From Chloroflexota bacterium (GTDB taxonomy: Bacteria > Chloroflexota > Limnocylindria > Limnocylindrales > CSP1-4): a DNA stretch of 36,181 bases. Of the stretch, positions 7,869-16,342 are shown piece by piece. The stretch spans positions 1 through 36,181 of the forward strand of contig JBBDZZ010000040.1 in NCBI GenBank assembly GCA_040899885.1. Reading direction: 5' to 3'. The notes under the pieces were generated by a model. It searched no databases. It saw only the letters and a list, made by a program, of their open reading frames with translations, and had not been told where the DNA came from. Position 1 is the stretch's first letter, and every line of letters starts with the position of its first letter. The translations under genes and the position numbers were made by a program.

Positions 7869-8444
7869 TCAGCCCCGGAGCCGGGTGATCAGTTCGGCGA
7901 GGGGCGGGTTGGTCCGGTCCCGGTCGGACAGGATTGGCCGGCCACCCGGGGTTCCCGTGACCTGGGGCCACGGGACGGCGACCGCGGGGTCGTCCCAGGC
8001 GAACCCGAGCTCGTCGCTGCCGTCGAACTCGTTGGTCACGAGGTACAGGAGCTCGAGCGGTTCGAGGGCGAGGAAGCCGTGCGCGACGCCGGCCGGGATG
8101 ACGACCGACTGGTCGGCCGCCAGCTCCCGGGTGTCGACGACCGCCGAACCGACGCCGGCCAGCACCGGTCGAACGTCCACGAGCGCGACGAACGCCCGAC
8201 CAGAGGCGACGACCCAGTAATCGAGCTGGCGACGGTGGTAGTGGAGGCCACGCAGAACCCCCGCGGCCGAGGTCGACATGTTCGACTGGACGAAGCGGGG
8301 CTCCGACCCGGGCGGAGCGCCTGCCTCTGCCGCGTCGAGGGTCCCGAACGCGCTCGCCCGCCACAGCTCCCGAAACGAGCCGCGGGCGTCGCCATGGCGC
8401 TGGACGGCGCCGAACCGGACGCCTGGAAGGCGCGACTCGGTCAT
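7869..8444 (-). CDS. rmlC: dTDP-4-dehydrorhamnose 3,5-epimerase
   Basis: In-frame ATG at 8444 forms an ATGA overlap with the rmlD stop. Product MTESRLPGVRFGAVQRHGDARGSFRELW...GVLRGLHYHRRQLDYWVVASGRAFVALVDVR...IPAGVAHGF shows cupin RmlC motifs. The longer track ORF (to 8651) is an upstream open-frame extension. Confidence 0.9.
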   Translation of the reverse strand: MTESRLPGVRFGAVQRHGDARGSFRELWRASAFGTLDAAEAGAPPGSEPRFVQSNMSTSAAGVLRGLHYHRRQLDYWVVASGRAFVALVDVRPVLAGVGSAVVDTRELAADQSVVIPAGVAHGFLALEPLELLYLVTNEFDGSDELGFAWDDPAVAVPWPQVTGTPGGRPILSDRDRTNPPLAELITRLRG

Positions 8445-9349
8445 CGGGCGGCGGCCGCGCGCTGCCGGAGCAGCACGGGGACGTAGTCGGCCAGGGCCGC
8501 GGCCCACGGGCGGAGCGGCTCGCCGGATGGGGGCGCCGTCGGCTCGAGGACACCCCAGGCCGGCGGAGTCGAGGCGCGCGGCCAGGTCGAGGCGGGTACT
8601 TCGTCGATCGCCACGTCCACCCCGGCCTGCCGGAACAGCTCGCGCGCCCACGCTCCCCGGGAAGCCGTCCCCGCGTTGACGTAGTGGTGGACCCCGGACA
8701 CGTCGCCTGATCCGAGCAGCTCGACGATCGCGTCCGCGAGATCGTGGGCATAGGTCGGCGTGCCGTACTCGTCGCCGACGACCCTGAGCGGCTCACCCGC
8801 GCTCCGGGCCCGGTCCGCGGCGGCGAGGATCTTCGTCGGGAAGTCGTTGCCCGGCGGCCCGTACAGCCAGGCGGACCGGACAATCCCGAGCGCGCCGCCG
8901 CCTGCGCGCTCCCAGGCGGCAATTGCCTGCCGCTCGCCCTCCAGCTTCGAGGCGCCGTATGGGTTGATCGGCGCCGGCTCGTCCGCGGGCCGATAGCCCC
9001 GGCCGTCGGTCCTCCGCCCGTCGAACACCTCGTTGGTCGACACGACGACGAGGTCCATCCCGGCCCCAGCGCAGACACGGGCCAGCTCCCCGGTCGCGTT
9101 CCCGTTCCGGCTCCGCGCGAGGTCCGGATCCCGGGCGCACCCGTCGACATCGGTCCAGGCCGCCGCGTGGATGACCGCCTCTGGACGGTCCCGCTGGAGC
9201 AGCCCGACGAACGCATCCTGCCGGTCGAGGTCGAAATCCGATCGCGTCCAGGCGATGGGCCCACCGAGGCCGGTGAACGGCGCGTCGGCAAGGGCGGCTA
9301 CCAGCGCTCGACCCAGCCGGCCGCCGGCGCCGGTGACCGCCACGCGCAT
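8441..9349 (-). CDS. rmlD: dTDP-4-dehydrorhamnose reductase
   Basis: ATG at 9349 forms an ATGA overlap with the rmlB stop. Product MRVAVTGAGGRLGRALV (Rossmann GxGGxxG)...VIHAAAWTDVDGCA...NPYGASKLEGE (YxxxK) is the RmlD/SDR pattern. Confidence 0.9.
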   Translation of the reverse strand: MRVAVTGAGGRLGRALVAALADAPFTGLGGPIAWTRSDFDLDRQDAFVGLLQRDRPEAVIHAAAWTDVDGCARDPDLARSRNGNATGELARVCAGAGMDLVVVSTNEVFDGRRTDGRGYRPADEPAPINPYGASKLEGERQAIAAWERAGGGALGIVRSAWLYGPPGNDFPTKILAAADRARSAGEPLRVVGDEYGTPTYAHDLADAIVELLGSGDVSGVHHYVNAGTASRGAWARELFRQAGVDVAIDEVPASTWPRASTPPAWGVLEPTAPPSGEPLRPWAAALADYVPVLLRQRAAAAR

Positions 9350-10401
9350 CAGACCGCCTCGGTCGAGCCTGCCAGGCGCGCGCCGTACTGGCGGTTGTAG
9401 TACGTGTCCCAGTCGCCAGACTTCACCGCGCGCCACCACGCCTCGTTTGCCCGGAACCAGTCGACGGTGGCCGACAGGCCCGCGTCAAACGGGACCCGGT
9501 TCTGCCACCCGAGCGCGCGGAGCTTCGCCCCGTCCATCGCGTAGCGCCGGTCGTGACCCGGCCGGTCCTCGACCCGCCGGACGAGCGACCACGGCTTGCC
9601 GAGCCGCTCGAGGAGCATCCGGACCACGTCGGAGTTCGGGAGCTCCAGCTCGCCGGGGATGTTGTACGTCTCGCCGGCTTCGCCGCGGCGCAGGACGTGC
9701 TCGATCGCGGCAGCGTGGTCTGACACGTGGAGCCAGTCGCGGCGCTGCTGGCCGTCGCCGTAGAGCGGCAGCGGCTGGTCGTCGATCGCGTTCGTCACGA
9801 AGAGGGGGATCAGCTTCTCGGGGTGCTGGTACGGCCCGTACGTGTTCGACCCCCGGGTGACGACGACGTCGGTCCCGTAGGTCACGAACCAGCTCCTGGC
9901 GAGCTGCTCGCCGGCCGCCTTCGCCGCCGCGTATGGCGAGCGAGGCGCGAGCGCGTCGCCTTCCCGCGAGTGGCCCTTCTCGACGGAGCCGTACACCTCG
10001 TCGGTCGAGACCTGGAGGAAACGGATCGGCCGCGCCTGGGCCCGGATCGCCTCGAGGAGCACGTGGACCCCGATGACGCCGGTCAGGAGGAACGCCTCCG
10101 GGTCGAGGATCGAGCGGTCGACATGCGACTCGGCCGCGAAGTTCACGACAGCGTCCGCGTCGGCGACGAGCGGCCCAACCGCGGCCGCGTCCGCGATGTC
10201 GCCGCGGACGAACCGGAGCCGCGCCGCCTGCTGCGCGTCGGCCCGAACAGGCGCGAGATTTGCCTCGTTCCCTGCGTACGTCAGCTTGTCGAGGACGGTG
10301 ATTCGTGTCCCGTCGCGCCGGGCGAGGATGTCACGGACGAAGCACGATCCGATGAACCCGGCGCCGCCGGTGACCAGCAGGTGCTTGAAGCCCTCGGTCA
10401 C
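9349..10401 (-). CDS. rmlB: dTDP-glucose 4,6-dehydratase
   Basis: 350 aa: HLLVTGGAGFIGSCFV, VNFAAESHVDRS, STDEVYG, SPYAAAKAAGE (YxxxK), TRGSNTYGPYQHPEKLIP. Overlaps the rmlA stop by 4 nt (10398-10401). Confidence 0.95.
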   Translation of the reverse strand: MTEGFKHLLVTGGAGFIGSCFVRDILARRDGTRITVLDKLTYAGNEANLAPVRADAQQAARLRFVRGDIADAAAVGPLVADADAVVNFAAESHVDRSILDPEAFLLTGVIGVHVLLEAIRAQARPIRFLQVSTDEVYGSVEKGHSREGDALAPRSPYAAAKAAGEQLARSWFVTYGTDVVVTRGSNTYGPYQHPEKLIPLFVTNAIDDQPLPLYGDGQQRRDWLHVSDHAAAIEHVLRRGEAGETYNIPGELELPNSDVVRMLLERLGKPWSLVRRVEDRPGHDRRYAMDGAKLRALGWQNRVPFDAGLSATVDWFRANEAWWRAVKSGDWDTYYNRQYGARLAGSTEAV

Positions 10402-11159
10402 GAGGTGGGTCGTTCGACCGGCGGGCTGAGACGCCCGCCGTCGTCGTCCTCGGCCGCCATCTCCGCCGCGCGCAGGAGCGACGGCACCGTGCCGGCATCC
10501 GTCCAGTGGCCGTCGTAGACGCGGGTGAACAGGCCGCCGTTGGGGATGTAGTGGTTGAGGACGTCGGTGATCTCGAACTCGCCGCGGCCCGACGGCGCCA
10601 GCTGGTCGATGACGTCGAACGCATCGGGCCGGAGAAAATAGACACCGATCGGGATGAGGCTCGACTTCGGGACCGCCGGCTTCTCCTCGAACCCGACGAC
10701 GTTGCCGTTCGCGTCGAGCTCGGCGACGCCAAACCGCGACGGATCGGGAACCTCGTACAGCAGCGTGCCAGCGCCGCAGGAGCTCGCCTCGAACTCGCGG
10801 GCGACACCATCGAGCGAGGCTCCGCGGAGGATGTTGTCGCCGAGCACGCAGCAGAACGCGGCGTCCCCCACGAAGTCGCGCGCGAGGCCGATCGCATGGG
10901 CGATTCCGAGCGCGCCGTGCTGATAGCGGTAGGTGAGGTCGAGCCCGAAATGCGAGCCGTCGGCGAGCAGCTCCACGACGTCGCCGACGCTCTTGCCTCC
11001 GACGACGACCATCACCTCGCGGATCCCCATCCCGGCCAGCGTCTCGATCGGGTAGTAGATCATCGGCCGGTCGTAGATCGGCAGCAGGTGCTTGTTCGTG
11101 ACGATCGTCAGCGGGTAGAGGCGGGTTGCCGTCCCGCCGGCGAGAACGATGCCCTTCAT
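10398..11159 (-). CDS. rmlA: Glucose-1-phosphate thymidylyltransferase (short sugar-nucleotidyltransferase form)
   Basis: Internal ATG at 11159 gives MKGIVLAGGTATRLYPLTIVTNKHLLPIYDRPMIYYPIETLAGMGIREV..., the canonical RmlA N-terminus (253 aa). The upstream part of track ORF 10398..11513 is Arg/Ser-rich non-coding read-through. Confidence 0.92.
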   Translation of the reverse strand: MKGIVLAGGTATRLYPLTIVTNKHLLPIYDRPMIYYPIETLAGMGIREVMVVVGGKSVGDVVELLADGSHFGLDLTYRYQHGALGIAHAIGLARDFVGDAAFCCVLGDNILRGASLDGVAREFEASSCGAGTLLYEVPDPSRFGVAELDANGNVVGFEEKPAVPKSSLIPIGVYFLRPDAFDVIDQLAPSGRGEFEITDVLNHYIPNGGLFTRVYDGHWTDAGTVPSLLRAAEMAAEDDDGGRLSPPVERPTS

Positions 11160-11202
11160 CGGCGGACAGGGTAGCAGCGGGCGGTGGTCGAAGCGCCGCC
11201 GC

Positions 11203-12189
11203 TCACGGTGGCGGAAGGGACATGCACGGCCGCTCCTCGTTCGGGATCGTTCCGTCGTCGCCCGGCCCGCACGGCTGGGGCTGCCCCTCGATCGGCGGCA
11301 GGCCGCCCTCGTAATCGGTGATGACCAGCGCCCACTCGAGGCGGTCGACCGCCGCGGCGGGCACCAGGTAGGCCGTCTGAACGATCGCGTTTGCGTCGCG
11401 CTGGACGTCGATGACCCGGCCGAGGAGAAGGCCCTTCGGGAACGGCGAGCGGGCTCCAGTCGCGAGCTCGATCCCGGCGGTGACGACCTGGGACCCCAGC
11501 TCGACCTGCTCACCCGCGTCGATGCGGCCCATGACCAGCACGCCGTTGACCTGGCCTCTCACCTCGCCGGTCGCGGCGCTCGGCAGCTGGCCGATGACCG
11601 TCGAGCCAGTGTCCGTGATCAGCAGGATTTTTGCGAAGTTCGGGCCAGCCTCGACGACTCGCCCCGCGAGCGAGCCGCCCTGGGCGATGACGACGTCGCC
11701 GTCGGCGATCCCGTCCTCGGTCCCCTTGTCGACCGTAACGAGCTGGCGGAACTCGCTCGACTCGCGGGCGATCACCTGGACCGCCACGGTCGCGTACTCG
11801 AACCCGGCTCGGACCTCGAGAAGGCCGGCCAGCAGGTCATTCTCGCGCCGGATCTCCTCGAGCCGTGCGTTCTCGGCAGCCAGCCGCTCGTTGTCACCCC
11901 TCAGCCGCGAGTTGTCGGCGCTGAGCCGGTCGATCTCGTCAAGGGTCCCGACCGCCGAGGCCACGCCGCCTGCGACGTCGTCGAGCCACCCCTGGACGGG
12001 CCGGACCGCTGCGTTCAACCCGCGCTGGATGTCGAGCAGGGCCGGGGTGTTCGAGAACGCCATCAGGATGATCGTGACCGCGACGAGCGTCGCGAACAGA
12101 AGAGTCCGCCGGCGCGCACCGTGAGAGGCGAGCAGGACGCCCAAGTCGTCAGCGCAGCGCGCGGGCGTACGTGTCCGTGACGAGGACAC
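11203..12189 (-). CDS. mreC: Rod shape-determining protein MreC
   Basis: Basic N-terminus plus TM (RRRTLLFATLVAVTIILMAF). Coiled coil DEIDRLSADNSRLRGDNERLAAENARLEEIRRENDLL. Beta-barrel core DKGTEDGIADGDVVIAQGGSLAGRVVEAGPNFAKILLITD. Start is uncertain: GTG 12189 overlaps mreB by 41 nt, and an alternative in-frame TTG at 12144 lies 4 nt after the mreB stop. Confidence 0.85.
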   Translation of the reverse strand: MSSSRTRTPARCADDLGVLLASHGARRRTLLFATLVAVTIILMAFSNTPALLDIQRGLNAAVRPVQGWLDDVAGGVASAVGTLDEIDRLSADNSRLRGDNERLAAENARLEEIRRENDLLAGLLEVRAGFEYATVAVQVIARESSEFRQLVTVDKGTEDGIADGDVVIAQGGSLAGRVVEAGPNFAKILLITDTGSTVIGQLPSAATGEVRGQVNGVLVMGRIDAGEQVELGSQVVTAGIELATGARSPFPKGLLLGRVIDVQRDANAIVQTAYLVPAAAVDRLEWALVITDYEGGLPPIEGQPQPCGPGDDGTIPNEERPCMSLPPP

Positions 12190-13207
12190 GAGACATCGCC
12201 GGGTGGGTCATCTGCTCCAGCACGATCCCGGTGCCACGGACCACACAAGTCAATGGATCGTCGGCGACGTGGACCGGCATCTGGGTGGCCTCCGCGACGC
12301 GGCGATCGAGCCCGACGAGCAGGGCTCCCCCTCCGGCCAGGACGATCCCCTGGTCCATGATGTCCGCCACGAGCTCCGGCGGCGTCTCCTCGATCGTGTC
12401 CTTGATCGTGTCGATGATCCGCGCGACTGTCGGCTCGATGGCTTCGCGGATCTGGTCCCCGCCGACCTCGACCTGGCGGGGCAGGCCGGTCAGCAGGTCG
12501 CGGCCGCGGAGCGCGACCCGTTGGTGATCCCACTCGCCCGGACAGGCGGAGCCGATCGCGATCTTGACGTCCTCCGCGGTTCGTTCGCCGAGGAGCAGGT
12601 TGTACTCACGGCGGGCGAAGGCGACGATGTCCGAGTCCATCTCGTCGCCGCCCATCCGAATGCTCCTGCTGACGACGATCCCGCCGAGGCTGATGACGGC
12701 GACCTCGGTCGTGCCGCCGCCGATGTCGACGATGAGGCTGCCGGACGGCTCGCTCACTGGCAGGCGGGCCCCGATCGCGGCGGCCTTGGGCTCCTCGATC
12801 AGGCGCGCCCAGCGCGCGCCGGCGTTGAGGGCCGCGTCACGGACGGCTCGCTTCTCGACTTCAGTGACGCCGGACGGGACGCCCAGCAGCATCCGCGGCC
12901 GCGGGATGAGGCCGACCCGGTCGTGAACCCGGCTCACGAAGTACTTGATCATCTGCTCGGTCACGTCGAAGTCGCTGATGACTCCGTCGCGGAGCGGCCG
13001 GATCGCGATGATGTTGGCCGGCGTGCGGCCCACCATCCGCTTCGCCTCCGCGCCGATGGCGAGAACCCGCTTCGTCTTCGCGTCGATCGCCACCACGGAC
13101 GGCTCGCTCATGACGATCCCGCGGTCGCGGACGTGGACGAGAGTGTTGGCGGTCCCGAGGTCGATCCCGATGTCGCGGGAGAAGAGGCCGAGCAGCCGAT
13201 CGAGCAT
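12149..13207 (-). CDS. mreB: Rod shape-determining actin homologue MreB
   Basis: ATG at 13207 gives MLDRLLGLFSRDIGIDLGTANTLVHVRDRGIVMSEPSVVAID...IIAIRPLRDGVISDF...LIVDIGGGTTEVAVISLGG...GIVLAGGGALL, 352 aa with canonical MreB phosphate and adenosine motifs. The rest of track ORF 12149..14056 is spurious upstream extension. Confidence 0.95.
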   Translation of the reverse strand: MLDRLLGLFSRDIGIDLGTANTLVHVRDRGIVMSEPSVVAIDAKTKRVLAIGAEAKRMVGRTPANIIAIRPLRDGVISDFDVTEQMIKYFVSRVHDRVGLIPRPRMLLGVPSGVTEVEKRAVRDAALNAGARWARLIEEPKAAAIGARLPVSEPSGSLIVDIGGGTTEVAVISLGGIVVSRSIRMGGDEMDSDIVAFARREYNLLLGERTAEDVKIAIGSACPGEWDHQRVALRGRDLLTGLPRQVEVGGDQIREAIEPTVARIIDTIKDTIEETPPELVADIMDQGIVLAGGGALLVGLDRRVAEATQMPVHVADDPLTCVVRGTGIVLEQMTHPAMSRVLVTDTYARALR

Positions 13208-13318
13208 GGGCCGGGCGGGTCCTTGTGGGATGGACCGGCGTGAGCGCGCGACACCGAGCAAGGCGTATCGGGATGGCGACGGAATCGGTGACGGGTGGTT
13301 CGGCGGGCGAGCTCCCTC

Positions 13319-13324
13319 AGTATA
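13319..13324. promoter_or_regulatory. Only AT-rich hexamer in the 210-nt mreB/orphan-gene divergent intergenic region; candidate -10 box (TATACT on minus, TATAGC offset on plus)
   Basis: The plus strand reads ..ctccctcagTATAGCcagcc.. and the minus strand reads ..ggctggcTATACTgaggg.., about 110 nt upstream of the mreB ATG and about 95 nt upstream of the 13418 ATG. No convincing -35 was seen. Confidence 0.25.
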
Positions 13325-13417
13325 GCCAGCCACCGCTGGGCCACCGAGGCTTCCGGGGGCTTGCGCGGGTGCCGCATGATGGGCGCCCCGGTAGTGCCCG
13401 CCGACGAGGACTGAGCG

Positions 13418-14263
13418 ATGGACATCACGCTCGCGGATCAACGCATCTTCGCGCTCGAGGAGCGCATGCCCTTCGAGGACACCAAACAGAAGGCGATGGA
13501 CAAGCGCTCGACCGCGTTCGTCAGCGGGATCGGGTCGTTCCTCCAGCGCCCGAAGAACGAGGACGTCGTCCTGCTCACCAGCCAGCGAAGGGTCGAGCCG
13601 TTCTGGCACGTCTCGTGCCGGGCGAAGTACGTCTACGACCGACGGCGCGACTACGCGGTCACGGCGAGCGGGCCCGAGGTTCGCGGGGTGACGATCGAGG
13701 GCAAGGACTACGACGTGGCTGAGGCCGGCAAGACGGCTCGCACCTTCACTCTCCCGACCCTCGAGCACTGCCACGAGGAGTTCGTCCACGAGGTCTATGC
13801 GGATGGTCTGACCGGCGCCCCTGTGCCCGACGGGAGCACCGTCATCGCCAGCGCCCGCGTCGAGGTGACGGACCCGGCGACCCTCGCGACCGAGGGCACG
13901 GTCGTCATGCCACCGGAGCACCGGGCGTCGTTCGTCATGCGCAAGCTGATGGCCGAGATGCTCCGACCGGTCCAGGCGGACACGGTCACGGAGGAGTCGC
14001 TGACGCTCGAGGCGACCGACCTCTACTACCGGCCGATCTGGGCGTTCGAGTTCCACTGGACGACGAAGGACAAGCGCGGGATCGTCGAGATCGACGCCGT
14101 GACGGGCCAGGTCCGCCAGGGTCAGTCGCTCGTGCCGGCCCTGACGAAGATGGTCAGCCGCGACGCGCTCTTCGACATCGGCGCGGACACGATCGGCCTG
14201 CTCGTGCCGGGCGGGAGCATCGCGGTCAAGGTCGCCCGGGCGGCCCTCGACAAGGGCTACTGA
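13418..14263 (+). CDS. Hypothetical protein, 281 aa, no family recognised
   Basis: ATG is preceded by GAGGActgagcg (SD-like). Third-codon positions are strongly G/C-biased throughout (read directly), which supports real coding. The sequence has no signal peptide or clear TM segment. A PepSY-like hairpin motif occurs near the C-terminus (LYYRPIWAFEFHWTTKDKRGIVEIDAVTGQV). It is one of only four plus-strand genes. Confidence 0.7.
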   Translation: MDITLADQRIFALEERMPFEDTKQKAMDKRSTAFVSGIGSFLQRPKNEDVVLLTSQRRVEPFWHVSCRAKYVYDRRRDYAVTASGPEVRGVTIEGKDYDVAEAGKTARTFTLPTLEHCHEEFVHEVYADGLTGAPVPDGSTVIASARVEVTDPATLATEGTVVMPPEHRASFVMRKLMAEMLRPVQADTVTEESLTLEATDLYYRPIWAFEFHWTTKDKRGIVEIDAVTGQVRQGQSLVPALTKMVSRDALFDIGADTIGLLVPGGSIAVKVARAALDKGY

Positions 14264-15021
14264 CCCGACGATTTCTCCCCCGCTCGGGCCGGGCGGTCGA
14301 ACGACACGCCCCGGTCACGCAGCGACACGAACGCGTCGTGGCCGACGATCAGGTGATCGAGCAGCTGGATGTCGAGCAGGCGGCCGGCCGCCAGGGCCTC
14401 GGCCGTCAGGTGAAGGTCATCCGGCGAGGGCGTCGGGTCGCCCGACGGGTGGTTGTGGACGAGGATGACCCCGGTCGCATTGAGCCGGACCGCATCCCGG
14501 TAGAGCTCGCCGACCCGCACGAGCGACGACGCGACGTTGCCCTGGTAGACGGTCGCGACGCGGAGAACGACGTTCTTCGTATTGAGCAGCACGACCCGGA
14601 GCTCCTCCCGCTCGAGCCGGCCCATCTGGAGCACGAGACGCTCGGCGACATCCCGAGGAGAGCGGACCGTCCAGCGGGCAGCCGGCCAGTCGGCCAGGAG
14701 ACGCCGGCCGAGCTCGAACGCCGCGGTCAGCTGGGCAGCCTTCGCGCGGCCGACGCCCGGGATCGCCTCGAGCTCGACATCGGTCGCCCGCGCGAGCCCG
14801 GTCAGGCCCTCGTGGCGAGCGAGTGCCTCGTCCGCCAGTCCGATCGCCGACCGACCGGCCGCCCCGGAGCCCCACAGGAGCGCGATGAGCTCCGCCGACG
14901 TCAATCCCGACGCGCCACGCAGCGCCAGGCGCTCGCGCGGGCGCTCCTCAGCAGGGATCTCGCGGATTGCCCGACCGTGCCGAGTCTGCCGGCTCGCCGT
15001 GGAGATCGGCTGGTCGAACAC
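14257..15021 (-). CDS. radC: RadC-like JAB/MPN domain protein (UPF0758)
   Basis: IREIPAEERPRERLALRGASGLTSAELIALLWGSG (HhH N-domain), AIPGVGRAKAAQLTAAFELGRR, and the JAB core VILVHNHPSGDPTPSPDD..LLDHLIVG (HxHxxxxxxxxxxD). The preferred start is GTG 15021, preceded by GAGGtgtgat. Alternatives are 15033 (GTG), 15117 (ATG) and 15150 (TTG). Confidence 0.85.
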   Translation of the reverse strand: MFDQPISTASRQTRHGRAIREIPAEERPRERLALRGASGLTSAELIALLWGSGAAGRSAIGLADEALARHEGLTGLARATDVELEAIPGVGRAKAAQLTAAFELGRRLLADWPAARWTVRSPRDVAERLVLQMGRLEREELRVVLLNTKNVVLRVATVYQGNVASSLVRVGELYRDAVRLNATGVILVHNHPSGDPTPSPDDLHLTAEALAAGRLLDIQLLDHLIVGHDAFVSLRDRGVSFDRPARAGEKSSGQ

Positions 15022-15194
15022 ATCACACCTCACCAGTCGCTGCCGCGAGCGCGGCGTTCCCGGGCCCGAATGGCGGGAGCCCGCCGATTCCCCCCGCCAT
15101 CCGGACCCTGGGAACATCGATGAGACTATCCGGCAGGGCTCATCCGGCAATCACCGGGGACTTCGTGGCGGCTCATCTCGCGCCGGCGCCGACC

Positions 15195-16190
15195 TCAGGT
15201 CCCGGGCGCGTTCCCCAGCCCGGCCGCGAGGGCAATGATCGGCAGGCCGTTGTACGCGGCGTGGAGGAAGATCGGCGCGACGAGCGAGCGTCGCCGGAGG
15301 AACAACGAGCCGAGCGTCACGGCGACTGGCAGCCGGACGAGCGACGCGAACAGCGCGAGCTTCAGCCCCTCGACGGGGTCGACCGCCCCGAGTGTCAGGA
15401 CATGGGCAACCGCGAAGAAAACCGCGCCCTGGATGAGGCCGCGGCGCGCCCCGTACACCCGGGCCCATGCCGTCGTCGCGAAGCCGCGGAAGAAGAGCTC
15501 CTCGCCGATGGGTGCGATGACAGCCGCCACGGCCAGGTTCAGCAGAACCCCGGCCGTATCTGTGGCCGGCGGCAGCACGGGATCCGGGAGCGGCAGGAAG
15601 GTGCTGAGCAAGGCGGCGAGAATCCCCGTGACGGTAAGCACCGGGACCGCCAGCGCCACGCCCAGGGCGGCATCCTCGGCGAGGCCCCGGCTGCTCGCCC
15701 GGAAGCCCATGTCGCGCCAGGTCAGGGCACCAGTGCCGACGACGAGGAAGCGCACGAGCCCGAGGTAGGAGCCGAAGATGATCAGGCTCCCGACGAGCGT
15801 AAACAGGGAGGCATCGGGGTTCAGCCCGAGACGGACGAGGAAGCTCCCGATAAGGGCCGACAGGAAGAGCGTCGCGGACACCGAGGCCGCAAACACGAGC
15901 ACCGGCGACGGCCCCGCGTAGGTCGTCACCCCTGCGGCCCGCCTCTCGATGGCCTGCGATCCGGCGGCCGCGACGAGGCCGATCGTCAGAACGGCGGTCC
16001 CGGCCGCGAACAGGATCACGCCGGCCAGGCCGGACCCGGCCAGGGCAGCCACGATGGTCGCACCGAAGCCGATGAGCGTGGCCAGCCACCCGATGAGGAA
16101 CAACGCGGGGGCGGCGCGGTCTTCGAGGGTGAAGACTGTCAGGCCAAGCGGCCGCCGAGATTCGTCGGGCGGATTGGGATCAGATGTCAC
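15195..16190 (-). CDS. CPBP (CAAX/Abi) family intramembrane glutamic endopeptidase
   Basis: 331-aa polytopic membrane protein carrying the three CPBP motifs: APIGEELFFRGF (EExxxR), FAVAHV (FxxxH) and FLHAAYN (HxxxN). Confidence 0.85.
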   Translation of the reverse strand: MTSDPNPPDESRRPLGLTVFTLEDRAAPALFLIGWLATLIGFGATIVAALAGSGLAGVILFAAGTAVLTIGLVAAAGSQAIERRAAGVTTYAGPSPVLVFAASVSATLFLSALIGSFLVRLGLNPDASLFTLVGSLIIFGSYLGLVRFLVVGTGALTWRDMGFRASSRGLAEDAALGVALAVPVLTVTGILAALLSTFLPLPDPVLPPATDTAGVLLNLAVAAVIAPIGEELFFRGFATTAWARVYGARRGLIQGAVFFAVAHVLTLGAVDPVEGLKLALFASLVRLPVAVTLGSLFLRRRSLVAPIFLHAAYNGLPIIALAAGLGNAPGT

Positions 16191-16222
16191 GACTGAACAG
16201 GTAACCGAACCTGCGGCCTACC

Positions 16223-16342
16223 CTCCGAGGTCGGAGGCGGAGGTCCTCCGACGCCATCCGCCCGAGGATTCCAGTGGCGCGAGGACTCAGCTCTCCGAGG
16301 TCGAAGGCGGAGCTCCGCGACGCCATTCGCCCGAGGACTCCG
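16223..16342. repeat. Two ~50-nt imperfect direct repeats (period 70 nt) rich in CCTCCG/CGGAGG hairpin arms, spanning the stop codon of the 16287..16952 gene
   Basis: Copy 1 (16223-16272): ctccgaggtcggaggcggaggtcctccgacgccatccgcccgaggattcc. Copy 2 (16293-16342): ctccgaggtcgaaggcggagctccgcgacgccattcgcccgaggactcc. Copy 1 contains cctccg-aggt-cggagg and cggag-gtc-ctccg stem-loops. Confidence 0.6.

Noticed and set aside
13208-14056. N-terminal ~280-aa extension of the mreB ORF (track ORF 12149..14056), and analogous extensions of rmlA (to 11513), rmlC (to 8651), rmlD (to 9439), NUDIX (to 25748), darA (to 26942), guaA (to 22985) and tmk (to 28120)
   Set aside because: The conserved protein N-termini begin at internal start codons that coincide with upstream stop codons (ATGA/GTGA) or SD-like sequences. 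The extensions overlap neighbouring genes or intergenic DNA and look non-protein-like.
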